Assembly: GCA_016125385.1 (NCBI GenBank)
Contig: WGLV01000050.1
Coordinates: 58,454 to 122,453, forward strand
Direction of reading: 5' to 3'
Source: a bacterium
GTDB taxonomy: Bacteria > Hinthialibacterota > Hinthialibacteria > Hinthialibacterales > Hinthialibacteraceae
DNA length: 64,000 nt
Within the stretch, counting starts at the first letter, position 1; the number at the start of each line of letters is the position of its first letter. Shown here piece by piece: positions 1 to 9,890 of this stretch. Under the pieces are notes generated by a model. The model ran no database searches and was not told where the DNA came from. It saw only the letters and a program-made list of their open reading frames with translations. Both the position numbers and the translations under genes were made by a program.

Positions 1-3000
1 GCTCCAATCCTGTAAACGCGCGGAAATTCGAACGGGCAGTCCGTTCAGGGCGATTTCCGGATTCATTTCGGTGAAATGAATATGAGGCGGGATCATACGA
101 TGACGCAACGCGAGGATGGTTTTAACCAAACCCGCCAGCCCCGCCGCCGCTTCAAGATGGCCGAGATTGGTCTTGACCGAACCAAGCGTCAGAGGACGAT
201 CCTGTGGTCGGTTTTCAGCAAATACACCGCTCAGGGCCTTCATTTCGACAGGATCGCCCAGGAAAGTCCCGGTACCGTGCGCTTCCAGATAAGAAACCTG
301 ATCGGGAGAAACACCCGCGTCATGCATTGCCTGCCGGATGACTTCCATCTGCGCGGCGGGATTGGGCGCGGTCAGGCCGTTGCTGCGGCCATCCTGATTG
401 ATGGCGGAGCCGCGAATGACGGCCAGAACGCGATCGCCCTGCTTGAGCGCGGCGCTGAGGCGTTTGAGGACGACCACGGCGCAGCCCTCGCCGCGTACGT
501 ATCCATTCGCCGCGCGATCGAACGTCTTACAACGTCCATCGGGAGAGAGCATGCCCGCCCGGGCGAACGCAATGCTGAGTTCAGGCGACAGTAACAGGTT
601 GACGCCCGCCGCGAGGGCGAGCTCACACTCGCGGCGACGCAAATTCTGACAGGCGAGATGCACGGCGGTCAGCGATGAAGAACACGCCGTGTTGACCGCC
701 AGCGAAGGTCCGCGCAGATCGTAAAAATATGACAGCCGCCCGGCTGACACCGACGTGGACGAGCCCGTGCCGAAATAGGCGTGAAGGAATTCTTCTTCAG
801 ACGCCTTGACCTGAAGCGTTTCGTAATCGTGTGAAAAAACGCCGGTGAATACGCCCGTCGCGGAACCCGTCAACGTTCGAGGATCGATCCCGGCGTCCTC
901 CAGCGCATGCCAGCTGACTTCCATTAGCAGACGTTGCTGCGGGTCCATCGATTCCGCCTCACGAGGTGAAATCTGAAAGAACCCCGGGTCGAATTCATCG
1001 ACGCGGTCGAGCAGGCCGGCGAATTCGATTCCCGGGACGGACGCGGGATCGACGCCATAGTCCGCCAGATTCCATCGCGAATCAGGCACGCGCGTCACCG
1101 CGTCACGTCCTTCCGCCAGCAGCGACCAGAACGATTCGTCATCAACCGCGCCGCCGGGAAAACGAAACGCCATCCCGATCACCGCGATGGGGTCGTTCGA
1201 AACGGATTCCCGATCTTCCTCTTCATCAGGCGCGGCGGTTTTGTTCAACAACGAGAGCGTATTTAGAGCGAGTTGAGCGGTTTCGTTTTTCGGCGCGGAG
1301 CGTGTTTCAGTAAAATAGCGGGCAATGGCTTCAGGCGTTCCATACTCGAAGAAAAACGAAGATTCGAGCTCGGCGCCCATGCTTTTCCCAAGCATGAACT
1401 TCAATTCCATCAGATCGAGCGAATCGAGTCCCATTTCACGAAGCGAGCGCTGAAATCCATAGCCGCTTTTTCCGCGCGCGCCCAACAAAGATTGAATGCA
1501 GGTTTCAACCGATTCGCGAGGCGTCTGATGCGAGCCTGAGGCGGCATTCCGAGTAACCGAGGTTGAGACCATTGAGCACGGCAGCGATTCAGCGCCGTAC
1601 TCAATCAACACGCCAAAACCATCGTTATCCGCGTCTTCCGGACGATACCCGGACAGGGGTTTTACCAGCGCCGCGCCATGAGACGCATGAAAACGCAGGA
1701 TGGGATCAACGGGCAAGCCATCCGGATTTTTCCGGCGGATATATTCTTCCATCGTCTCCGCGCCGGATGATACGTAATCACGGCAGCGGGTCACGCCGAC
1801 CAGACGCTCCAGCCCCGGATGGAGAACATGCCACGTCATCACAAATTCGAGCAGACGATCGCCAAAGCCCTTGTCCTGCATTTCAGGCAGAACGTTCATG
1901 CCCAACAGCTGGAGGGTTCGCCCATCGTCATCATGAAGATCGAGAGCCTGATGGAAGGTTATGCCGTCCAATTTGGCGGGGTCGGCGATTCGCTGGGTGT
2001 ACACCGCTCCAGCGACCACACCGCCTGTCTCAATGACGAACTGGCCTTCAGGATACCGATTGAGACGGCGGCGAAGTTCGTTCTCATCAACTCGAAGCGG
2101 CGCCGCCCAGCAGCGTGTTTCCAATTGAAGAAGAGCAGGCAGATCGGCAAGCCGGGCCTGACGAATACGCCAGGGTTTCGATTCGAGCCAGTTCAGGGTG
2201 ATCCGGGTAAAAGGAAAAGCGCGCGGGTAGCGCTTGATATATTCACGCCGAGGAAACAGACCCGCCTCAGCCAGGCTGGTTAAAAACACGTGAGACTCAA
2301 CCAGATACTGACGCGAAAAAGCGTGATACGCGTCGAAATGAAGGTTTTCGCAATGGTCCAGATAGTCGAAGACGGTTCGTGGATCGAGACTATGCACTTC
2401 GAGCAGCACCAATCCGTGCCGTTCGGTAATTTCACTCCATCGTTCGAAATGTTCGACCAGACTCTGGATCATCACCGGCGCGGGAATCTCATCTCCAGAT
2501 GGCGCCACATACACGCCTTCAGTGGGGATGCGGCGGCGCTCTTCGGCTTCACCTGCGCGCAACGGTTCAATATAAGGGCGATCGTGATCGAGGAAGGAAC
2601 GAATATGCAGGACGGCGGCGGGATCGGAAACCCCGAGAGCCTTAAGATCGTCAAGCAATTCACGAGGCGCGCCAATATCGCCTTTCACAGTGAGATGAGG
2701 AATACCACGCAGCGTTTTCGCGGTTGCAGCCAGGGCGCGCTCGTTAAAATCAATACCGATCATCGTCACCGGGCGCGAAGCCAGTTCCCGGCCCCGGCGT
2801 GTACGATCGCGAATCACCTGATAGACGCGTTTGAGCAGGCTGCCGTCGCCTGATCCCATGTCGGCGACGTAATCCGGCTGTTCCTCCAGCGGAAGGCGGT
2901 TAAAAATCGCTTCAACGATTTCGTCCACGTCCGAGAAAAATTTTTCATGCTGAAAACCGCTGCCCACCACATTCAGCGTTCGATCAACATGCGTTTCATG

Positions 3001-3699
3001 TCCATCCGAATCGCGCTCGAAAACCGATTGCGCGTCGCCGAACAGCAGATCGCTCATCCTCATCAACATGGGACGATAAGACAACGCCGTCGCTGAAATG
3101 GGGGAACGCTCCACGATAAAACGTCCCAGCGGAGTCAGTTCGATGACGCTATCGCGCACGGCGCCCCATTGTTTGATATCAAAAAGATCGGCGATTTCAG
3201 CCTGAACGCGGGGCGAGAATGAATTAAGGCAAACACTCGTTTCCGTATCGGAAATCACACCGGCGGCATGCAGATGCATCAAGCAGGGCAGCAGCAGCAG
3301 ACCATCCAGCAGATCGGCGGTCAGAGGCGATGAAACGCCCCAGCGATCGCGGCACCGTTTCGACCATCCGCCGAGTTCGAGGTTGAATTCTCCACGGAAA
3401 TATTCAGCGAAAGGAAATTCGAGTAACTCGGCGGCGTTATCAGGTAGTTCTAGCCATTCCCTGCCCCGAATGGCGAGACTCAAACGGTTTTGTGAATCGA
3501 CATCCAACCAATCAAGCGACCGCAACATGCGAATGGCGGCGCGGAGATGACCGGAATTGGCGTTCAAACGCTGAGTGAGTTCATCGAAAGAAAGAGGGCG
3601 GCTTCGTTCAAGAAGCGAAAACAGCCCCCCGCGCTTGCACGCCGCTATCGTGGGGATCGTAACGTAACCGTGAATATAACGGTTCAGCGTCTCAAGCAT
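1..3699 (-). CDS. Type I polyketide synthase, N-terminal part: adaptor/AprA-like methyltransferase, GNAT-like decarboxylase, ACP, KS (runs off left end)
   Basis: Hand translation of several segments in one minus frame from ATG 3699 (GAGG upstream): [27 protein letters not shown]...ANSGHLR; [15 protein letters not shown]; DMGSGDG; [11 protein letters not shown]; [15 protein letters not shown]; [22 protein letters not shown]; [14 protein letters not shown]; [36 protein letters not shown]. No stop seen before position 1. Confidence 0.95.
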   Translation of the reverse strand, partial: MLETLNRYIHGYVTIPTIAACKRGGLFSLLERSRPLSFDELTQRLNANSGHLRAAIRMLRSLDWLDVDSQNRLSLAIRGREWLELPDNAAELLEFPFAEYFRGEFNLELGGWSKRCRDRWGVSSPLTADLLDGLLLLPCLMHLHAAGVISDTETSVCLNSFSPRVQAEIADLFDIKQWGAVRDSVIELTPLGRFIVERSPISATALSYRPMLMRMSDLLFGDAQSVFERDSDGHETHVDRTLNVVGSGFQHEKFFSDVDEIVEAIFNRLPLEEQPDYVADMGSGDGSLLKRVYQVIRDRTRRGRELASRPVTMIGIDFNERALAATAKTLRGIPHLTVKGDIGAPRELLDDLKALGVSDPAAVLHIRSFLDHDRPYIEPLRAGEAEERRRIPTEGVYVAPSGDEIPAPVMIQSLVEHFERWSEITERHGLVLLEVHSLDPRTVFDYLDHCENLHFDAYHAFSRQYLVESHVFLTSLAEAGLFPRREYIKRYPRAFPFTRITLNWLESKPWRIRQARLADLPALLQLETRCWAAPLRVDENELRRRLNRYPEGQFVIETGGVVAGAVYTQRIADPAKLDGITFHQALDLHDDDGRTLQLLGMNVLPEMQDKGFGDRLLEFVMTWHVLHPGLERLVGVTRCRDYVSSGAETMEEYIRRKNPDGLPVDPILRFHASHGAALVKPLSGYRPEDADNDGFGVLIEYGAESLPCSMVSTSVTRNAASGSHQTPRESVETCIQSLLGARGKSGYGFQRSLREMGLDSLDLMELKFMLGKSMGAELESSFFFEYGTPEAIARYFTETRSAPKNETAQLALNTLSLLNKTAAPDEEEDRESVSNDPIAVIGMAFRFPGGAVDDESFWSLLAEGRDAVTRVPDSRWNLADYGVDPASVPGIEFAGLLDRVDEFDPGFFQISPREAESMDPQQRLLMEVSWHALEDAGIDPRTLTGSATGVFTGVFSHDYETLQVKASEEEFLHAYFGTGSSTSVSAGRLSYFYDLRGPSLAVNTACSSSLTAVHLACQNLRRRECELALAAGVNLLLSPELSIAFARAGMLSPDGRCKTFDRAANGYVRGEGCAVVVLKRLSAALKQGDRVLAVIRGSAINQDGRSNGLTAPNPAAQMEVIRQAMHDAGVSPDQVSYLEAHGTGTFLGDPVEMKALSGVFAENRPQDRPLTLGSVKTNLGHLEAAAGLAGLVKTILALRHRMIPPHIHFTEMNPEIALNGLPVRISARLQDWS

Positions 3700-4077
3700 G
3701 AAAGCGCCTCATCACCAGGATTTTCATAACAGAGTTCAGACCACGCGGGCGCCAGGTTCCAAACCGTAACGCTTACGCGCATGATACGCCTTGAGGCCAT
3801 CACGCCGAAAAAATTCGCAGGAGCTTCCGTAAGAGAGAATCATGAACAAGGCAGGAAATTGACTTGTGTTGAGTGGATCAAGCATGAAAAAGCGCCGCGT
3901 CCGAACCGCGTAACAGGCGCTGCGTAAGCGAACCCCATCAAATCGATTCGCCGATGATCGCTTTATCTTACCCCATCTGATCATGGTCAAACACAAACTG
4001 GTTTATACAACCATAACCCCGGTTTTTTCTCACGCTACGCCGCCAAATACGAACCAAGCCAGCCTGAACGGCGGCGA

Positions 4078-4311
4078 TCAGATCGAACCTTGAACCGAGG
4101 CCTGCTCATCCATCTTTTTCCGCAAACTCAACGGTCTCATATCCGTCCAGACCTGATTGATATGGTCAAGACATTCCTGCTTGGATCCTGATGTTCCTTC
4201 CTCACGCCATCCAGGAGGGAGTTCACGGTCTTCAAACCAGATGGAATATTGTTCTTCGTGATTGACAACGACTTTATAACGCCGGTTATCTTCCTGTTCG
4301 TCCCAGGTCAT
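4078..4311 (-). CDS. mbtH: MbtH-like protein (NRPS adenylation-domain chaperone)
   Basis: Signature VVVNHEEQYSIW...P.GW...CLDHI..VWTDMRPLSLR with the three conserved Trp; GGAG RBS. Confidence 0.97.
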   Translation of the reverse strand: MTWDEQEDNRRYKVVVNHEEQYSIWFEDRELPPGWREEGTSGSKQECLDHINQVWTDMRPLSLRKKMDEQASVQGSI

Positions 4312-4346
4312 TGACGTCTCCTATAAGTCAAACCACCACAATCATG

Positions 4347-4382
4347 AAAAGGCTCGGCGCGCCTTACTCGCGCGCCGAGCCT
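4347..4382 (-). terminator. Stem-loop, probable intrinsic terminator between lipoprotein gene and mbtH
   Basis: Perfect 13-bp inverted repeat AGGCTCGGCGCGC/GCGCGCCGAGCCT followed by a short T run on the minus strand. Confidence 0.6.
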
Positions 4383-4392
4383 CACGAATTCA

Positions 4393-5592
4393 CTAATTCA
4401 GACTCTCATACGAAGTATTGAATCGATCGGGCAGCGATTCAAATCGTTCACGATACAGTTCGTCGGTGGTTTCTGAGGCTTTCAGACCGCCCGAGCCATG
4501 AATGAGGAACTGCTGGAGTTCCTGAAGAATCTTGGTGTCGCCCTGCATAATCTTCGCGATCTTATCGTTCATCGAAGCGATTTCAGCATCACTGTCGATC
4601 GATTTTACGTCGGGATCGTATTTTTCAACCGTCTCCATCGTTTGAGCCAGCAGGCCAATGATGCCCCGCAGGCTGGAGGCGGTCTGCACGATCTGCATTT
4701 TGGCCTGGCCGAGTTGCGTCTGAGCCTGGCGGATTTCATCCTGCTTCTTTGTCACGTCTTCACGCTCGTTGGTCAGCATGGTGTTGAAGATCAGCGGGGG
4801 AATCTTGGTGGTCGCAGCCTGTTTTTGAACGTCATCAAGCTCTTTCTGTTCTTTCTCCAACTGCTTCTGCAAATCCTCCAGCGCCTTGGTGGAGGCGCTG
4901 ACCGACGACACCGTATCAGCCAGTTTAACCAGCGACTGCATGTATTCAGTAAAGTAGCGGTAAACGACGCCCGCCGTGGAATACAGATCGCTGGGGTCGG
5001 GTTGAGCGTGGCGGCTCCAGTTCGTTACGTCATTGCTGAATTTGACGAATTCGTATTTCTTTTCTTCCGGCACGCCAAGCCAACGGCCGTCTTTCATTTT
5101 CGTGGCGTAATCCAAGCCCTTTGGAGAATCCTGAATGCTGAAAACGGTGTACAACACGCCATTAGGAAATGTGGTATCTTCGATCACGTATGGGTAGCAC
5201 AACACGCCGTACAGCAAAATGATCCTGTACATCGCCGCTGAGCCAAAATCGTTAAATTGGAGCGCGTTGCTCATCTGTTCGCTTAAAGAAAGGCCCGGAG
5301 CGAGAGTGGTTGTACTCGCTCGCCAGGGAGCGGGAATGGTCGCGCCAATCTGACCGGTCGCGGTGGGCGCCCAAGCGGCGTTGCCCGCTTCCACCGAGAA
5401 AAAGACAGGCAACTGGGCGTCATCAATCAACCGGACGGTTGAATCGACCACTTGCTGCGAGTAGTTTTTCGCGGTTTCGTTACGCACGTCAAGAAACGTC
5501 TTGTAGTGGGCGCTTTTCATGACGCAACCTTGATTCATTAAAGCAAACGCCACGATTACAGATAAAAACAGCGTGGATCGATTCAGTTTCAT
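4393..5592 (-). CDS. Hypothetical putative lipoprotein with C-terminal coiled coil
   Basis: MKLNRSTLFLSVIVAFALMNQG-C signal/lipobox-like N-terminus; Q/E/K-rich heptads in the C-terminal half; GGGGG RBS. Confidence 0.8.
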   Translation of the reverse strand: MKLNRSTLFLSVIVAFALMNQGCVMKSAHYKTFLDVRNETAKNYSQQVVDSTVRLIDDAQLPVFFSVEAGNAAWAPTATGQIGATIPAPWRASTTTLAPGLSLSEQMSNALQFNDFGSAAMYRIILLYGVLCYPYVIEDTTFPNGVLYTVFSIQDSPKGLDYATKMKDGRWLGVPEEKKYEFVKFSNDVTNWSRHAQPDPSDLYSTAGVVYRYFTEYMQSLVKLADTVSSVSASTKALEDLQKQLEKEQKELDDVQKQAATTKIPPLIFNTMLTNEREDVTKKQDEIRQAQTQLGQAKMQIVQTASSLRGIIGLLAQTMETVEKYDPDVKSIDSDAEIASMNDKIAKIMQGDTKILQELQQFLIHGSGGLKASETTDELYRERFESLPDRFNTSYESLN

Positions 5593-5663
5593 TTCCCCCT
5601 CTTTTCTTGGGCTTTCGAGCAAGCATTTGTTATCAAAACATTAAACCACTGTTGCGGAGAACG

Positions 5664-5692
5664 ATTATAATGGCATGAAATGGGGCTGTCAA
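5664..5692 (-). promoter_or_regulatory. Sigma-70 promoter, perfect consensus, facing lipoprotein-mbtH-PKS
   Basis: TTGACA-17 nt-TATAAT on the minus strand. Confidence 0.8.
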
Positions 5693-5755
5693 AATATAAA
5701 TTAACCAAAGTTCTTATCTTTTAAAATCGGATAGGTCAAAAATAAAAATCTTCGA

Positions 5756-5784
5756 TTGACTCGCATCGAATTATTGATTATAGT
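5756..5784 (+). promoter_or_regulatory. Sigma-70 promoter for the DUF697-ABC-SPFH operon
   Basis: TTGACT-17 nt-TATAGT about 80 nt upstream of ATG 5864. Confidence 0.7.
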
Positions 5785-5863
5785 GCGGTTGTTCTATTGA
5801 GATCATATCAATCTGCTCAAGCCCCCAATTTGTTAAACCAAACAAAGAATCCGAGGTAAAACG

Positions 5864-6424
5864 ATGACTACTGCACAGACCGCGACCGTAGAAGATGCGC
5901 CGATGGCGACGGAAGAACTCACCAGGGAAGAGCAGGCTCAACAAATCGTCAAGCGCAATATGTATTGGGCCATGGGCATCGGTCTTGTTCCCGCTCCGGC
6001 GGTGGACGTGATCGGCGTTCTGGCTTTTCAGGTTAAGTCCATCAAGGAATTATCGGACCTGTACGAGATTCCTTTCAGCGAACACAAAGTGAAGAATATT
6101 CTCGCCAGCCTGATCAGTGGATTGGGCGCTTCATCGGTCGCCGGCCTTCTGGCGGGCAGCATGATGAAGCTCGTTCCCGCTTTCGGGCCTCTCGCCTCCG
6201 CTCTGGCGATGCCGGTGAGCGCGGGCGCCCTGACATACGCGATTGGCCAGGTCTTCATTCAGCATTTTGAATGCGGCGGCACATTGCTCGATTTCAACGC
6301 CAAGAAAATTCGCGCTTATTTCCAGGAACAGTTCAAAGAAGGCGTTTCCGCCGCCAAGGAAATGAAAAGCGACAGCGCTTCGAGTTCGAGTTCATCGAGC
6401 TCATCAGCCAGCGCGAAAAAGTAA
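5864..6424 (+). CDS. DUF697/YcjF-family protein with poly-Ser tail
   Basis: WAMGIGLVPAPAVD...Q...ELSDLYEIPF...AGALTYAIGQVFIQHFECGG pattern typical of DUF697; GAGG RBS. Confidence 0.85.
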   Translation: MTTAQTATVEDAPMATEELTREEQAQQIVKRNMYWAMGIGLVPAPAVDVIGVLAFQVKSIKELSDLYEIPFSEHKVKNILASLISGLGASSVAGLLAGSMMKLVPAFGPLASALAMPVSAGALTYAIGQVFIQHFECGGTLLDFNAKKIRAYFQEQFKEGVSAAKEMKSDSASSSSSSSSSASAKK

Positions 6425-6446
6425 CGGCGCCCGATCGGACCAGTCA

Positions 6447-6650
6447 ATGCAACTCATCGCTATCTATATACTGCTCAGCATATTAGTCGCATTGGTCGGC
6501 TCGAACCGCCGTTTTGGTTTTTGGGGTTATCTTTTCGCTTCGATTGTCTTGACCCCGATTGGTGGATTGTTGTTACTGGTTCCGTCAGAACCGGCGCCCC
6601 CCAAAGAAAACAAACGCGCCAAAGACTGCGAAGAGACGGAATCGGAGTGA
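6447..6650 (+). CDS. Small two-TM membrane protein
   Basis: LVALVGSNRRFGFWGYLFASIVLTPIGGLLLL hydrophobic hairpin, lying inside the operon. Confidence 0.8.
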   Translation: MQLIAIYILLSILVALVGSNRRFGFWGYLFASIVLTPIGGLLLLVPSEPAPPKENKRAKDCEETESE

Positions 6651-6737
6651 CGAAGTCGATACCGTTCATGCAGGGAAACGGCGGGCGAGCGTCTGGGAAC
6701 CTCGCCGTTTCCCTCATTCCCCGCTTTTCCAATTGAT

Positions 6738-8417
6738 ATGGACTTTTTGAACTTCATCAAACAGGAATCCCAGGCGTTCAACAACCGGCTTCTCTTCCTG
6801 TTTCTACTGACCGGTCTGCTCCATTTTTTGATCCTGGCTTCCATTCTGTATTCCATCAATTCGATCGATCACCCCAGCACCCGCCATCTGGTCCTGTTCG
6901 TTATCAGCATTTACGCTTATATCCGGCTGGATGAATATTCGCTGAACCGGACGTCGGAAATCATTGAGGAGATCGTCGCCCAGATCCGGGTGCGATTAAC
7001 CGACAAAGTCAGGCGCGCCGATCTGATCGCTCTTGAGACATTAGGCAGCGGCCCCATCTATACCGCTTTGACCACCTATACCACCACCATCGCCGACGCG
7101 GCCAAATTGATTTCACGGCTGGTGATATCCGGCGCGCTGCTGGTCATCGCCTCGCTTTATATCGCCTGGCTGTCTTCATCGGGTTTTCTGTTCATCACCG
7201 CGATGGTCATGCTCAGCGTGTTCATCTATCGTCAGGTTGAAAGCAGTTATGAAGAGACCTTTCGCCTGGCCGAAGAAAAAGAGACCGGTTTCTTTCATCT
7301 GCTGAATCACCTGTTGTTCGGTTTCAAAGAACTGAAGCTCAACGACGCGAAAAATAACGATCTCTATAAGAACCATATCACCGTGAAAACCCGGGAAGCG
7401 GAGGAACTGCGCAGCGAAGCGTTCAAGCGGATGACCCGCATGATCATCTTCGCCCAGATATTCTGCTATACCATTCTCGGATCGCTCATATTCGTTTATC
7501 CCAAGATCGTCGATGAAAAACCGTCGATTCTGTTGCAGCTGATCGCTCTGGTTCTCTTTATCGCTTCCGGCCCCCTGCAGGAAGCGATGGGGACGTTTCC
7601 CTTCCTCGAACGCGCCAACGCCGCCGTCAGGAACATCCGCGATCTGGAATCCAAACTGGAGACCATTCTTCCCGAACCGCTGGCGAATAATGGCAACGGC
7701 ATGGAGCCCATGCCTGATGAGGATTTTGAAACGTTAAAACTTTCGCAGATTTCGTTTGAGTACGGACACATGCGCGTCGATTCACCGTTTCAGGTCGGCC
7801 CAATCGATCTGGAAATCAAAAAAGGTGAGATCGTATTTTTGATGGGAGGAAACGGCGCGGGCAAGTCAACGCTGTTAAAAGTGTTGACGGGCCTGTATCA
7901 TGCCAGTTCCGGCGCGATTTATTGTAATGGCCGAGCCGTTACGCGCCATAATATCAGCTGGTATCGCTCGTATTTCACCGCGGTGTTTCAGGATTTTCAC
8001 CTGTTCGACCGGTTGTACGGGGTCGAACAGGCCGATTTCGGCATGATTCGCGATTGGCTCGCGCGGTTGCAACTCGATCACAAAACCAAGGTGAACGCGG
8101 ACCTGTCGTTTCAGACGTTGGACCTCTCAGCGGGACAGAAAAAACGCATCGCCCTGTTGACGGCGGAACTGGACGACCGGGAGATCTACGTATTCGATGA
8201 ATGGGCGGCCGATCAGGATCCGCCATTTCGAAAATACTTTTATGAGACGTACCTGCAAGAGCTGAAAAGCCGGGGGAAAACCATCATCGCGGTCACTCAC
8301 GACGATAAGTATTATCACACCGCCGATCGCATTTATAACGTCTCATTCGGGCGGTTAACCGAATACGCTCCAACGCCGGTTACGCCAGCGAAACCGGATC
8401 GGCGTGGAAGAAAGTAA
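6738..8417 (+). CDS. Cyclic peptide export ABC transporter (PvdE/SyrD/YojI family), fused TMD-NBD
   Basis: About 6 TM segments; GFKELKLN; Walker A GGNGAGKST; LSAGQKKR; family signature FDEWAADQDP. Confidence 0.95.
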   Translation: MDFLNFIKQESQAFNNRLLFLFLLTGLLHFLILASILYSINSIDHPSTRHLVLFVISIYAYIRLDEYSLNRTSEIIEEIVAQIRVRLTDKVRRADLIALETLGSGPIYTALTTYTTTIADAAKLISRLVISGALLVIASLYIAWLSSSGFLFITAMVMLSVFIYRQVESSYEETFRLAEEKETGFFHLLNHLLFGFKELKLNDAKNNDLYKNHITVKTREAEELRSEAFKRMTRMIIFAQIFCYTILGSLIFVYPKIVDEKPSILLQLIALVLFIASGPLQEAMGTFPFLERANAAVRNIRDLESKLETILPEPLANNGNGMEPMPDEDFETLKLSQISFEYGHMRVDSPFQVGPIDLEIKKGEIVFLMGGNGAGKSTLLKVLTGLYHASSGAIYCNGRAVTRHNISWYRSYFTAVFQDFHLFDRLYGVEQADFGMIRDWLARLQLDHKTKVNADLSFQTLDLSAGQKKRIALLTAELDDREIYVFDEWAADQDPPFRKYFYETYLQELKSRGKTIIAVTHDDKYYHTADRIYNVSFGRLTEYAPTPVTPAKPDRRGRK

Positions 8418-8424
8418 ACGGACG

Positions 8425-9729
8425 ATGACCAGGAAATCCAAGCCATCAATCCTATTCGCGCCGTGGCGCTGGCTGATGAGGCTGTTAAAGCGCTGGATGC
8501 TGACGCTGGAAATTATTCTGGTGCTGTGTCTGCTGTTTCTCGTAATCTTCTGGCAACAGATCGTCATCACCGTCCAGTCGGGCGAACGCGGCGTTCTATT
8601 TAAGCGATTCAGCGGGACGGCGCTCTATCAGGATCCATACGAGGAAGGCGTTCATCTGATTTTCCCGTGGGACACCCTCTATATATACAACATCCGTGAA
8701 CAGCAGGTCGAGCATCAATTCACCGCGCTGTCGAAGGGCGGACTCAGCATTCAAATCGTGGTCTCGATTCGGTACCACCCCCATCGCCCCCTCTTCGAAA
8801 TGTCGGAACCGGAACTGACCGAGGTCATCGAGAAATACCATCCGGAATATTCCAAACAAATCAAGCAATTCATGGATGATAACGATATTGAATCGTATTC
8901 TGAACTGGTCGATCTGTTTAATGACAACATGCTGCATACCGCGATCGACAAAGAACACGCGGAAGCGTTTGAAAAATTGCCATTCTATGAAGAACTGTTT
9001 GAATATCTAAGCGATTATAAGTACGTATTAAACTTTCTCCATCAACAGATCGGCCCCGACTATCTGGAAAAAGTCATCATTCCAGAAATTCAGGCGTCGA
9101 TCCGTGAAGAAGTTGGCAAGTACGATCCGGAAGAAATTTATGAATCTTCAGGGAACGTGTTATCCGAATTTTTGAAAGACGCTTCATTCAACCTGACCCA
9201 GGAATTCATTTATCTGGATGACTTGCTCGTGAAGGAAATCATTCTTCCGCCCATTGTGAGGCAAGCCATCGAACAGAAGCTGCGCCAGGAGCAGATCGCG
9301 CTGGAATATGAATACCGACTGATTCAAAGCGAAAAAGAAGCGGAACGGAAACGCATTGAGGCCCAGGGAATTCATGACTTTCAGCAAATCGTCAGCGAAG
9401 GCATCTCGGACGCGCTCTTGCGCTGGCGCGGCATTGAAGCGACGCTTGAACTCTCCAAATCACAGAACGCAAAGCTGGTGATCATCGGGGGGCCTGACGG
9501 GCTTCCGCTAATTCTGAACACTGGGCTCGATCTGTCGGGCGGCTCGCGTCCCTCGGGAACCGCGACCCCGGCGACGGGCGTCATGTCCGCGACGGAGATT
9601 AACAGCATGACGTCGTCGTTCACCGATCCGGGCAAGGATTTCAATTCCAGTTTCAGTACGCCGGGAGGCGTCTCTGACGGAGTCGATTTGAATACCAGTT
9701 TGACGACGCCGGGCGGCACATCACATTAA
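8425..9729 (+). CDS. SPFH/prohibitin-family membrane protein with internal insertion
   Basis: TM then SGERGVLFKRF, EGVHLIFPW, SIRYHP, IGPDY, EAERKRIEAQGI, WRGIEATLELSKSQNAK; low-complexity S/T/G tail. Confidence 0.92.
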   Translation: MTRKSKPSILFAPWRWLMRLLKRWMLTLEIILVLCLLFLVIFWQQIVITVQSGERGVLFKRFSGTALYQDPYEEGVHLIFPWDTLYIYNIREQQVEHQFTALSKGGLSIQIVVSIRYHPHRPLFEMSEPELTEVIEKYHPEYSKQIKQFMDDNDIESYSELVDLFNDNMLHTAIDKEHAEAFEKLPFYEELFEYLSDYKYVLNFLHQQIGPDYLEKVIIPEIQASIREEVGKYDPEEIYESSGNVLSEFLKDASFNLTQEFIYLDDLLVKEIILPPIVRQAIEQKLRQEQIALEYEYRLIQSEKEAERKRIEAQGIHDFQQIVSEGISDALLRWRGIEATLELSKSQNAKLVIIGGPDGLPLILNTGLDLSGGSRPSGTATPATGVMSATEINSMTSSFTDPGKDFNSSFSTPGGVSDGVDLNTSLTTPGGTSH

Positions 9730-9753
9730 TCAGTTACTCGTAGCACGATCCCT

Positions 9754-9793
9754 CCGCCAGTGTTCGCCTAGTGTGACTCGCTGGCGGTTTTCT
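9754..9793 (+). terminator. Intrinsic terminator ending the export operon
   Basis: CCGCCAGTG...CGCTGGCGG followed by TTTTCT. Confidence 0.55.
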
Positions 9794-9890
9794 GTTGTCA
9801 TCTACATCGTCTTACAATATGGCGATTGAAATAAAGAAGCCGCCATCGGCTTCAAGCTCATTTGATTCCATTTCGCAGGGGAGAACTACG

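Noticed and set aside
76-3729. Numerous plus-strand ORFs in the track over 1-3.7 kb
   Set aside because: Antisense shadows of the minus-strand PKS, with no family motifs.
3736-3996. 86-aa ORF between mbtH and the PKS
   Set aside because: TTG start, no RBS, no motif; more likely untranslated leader.
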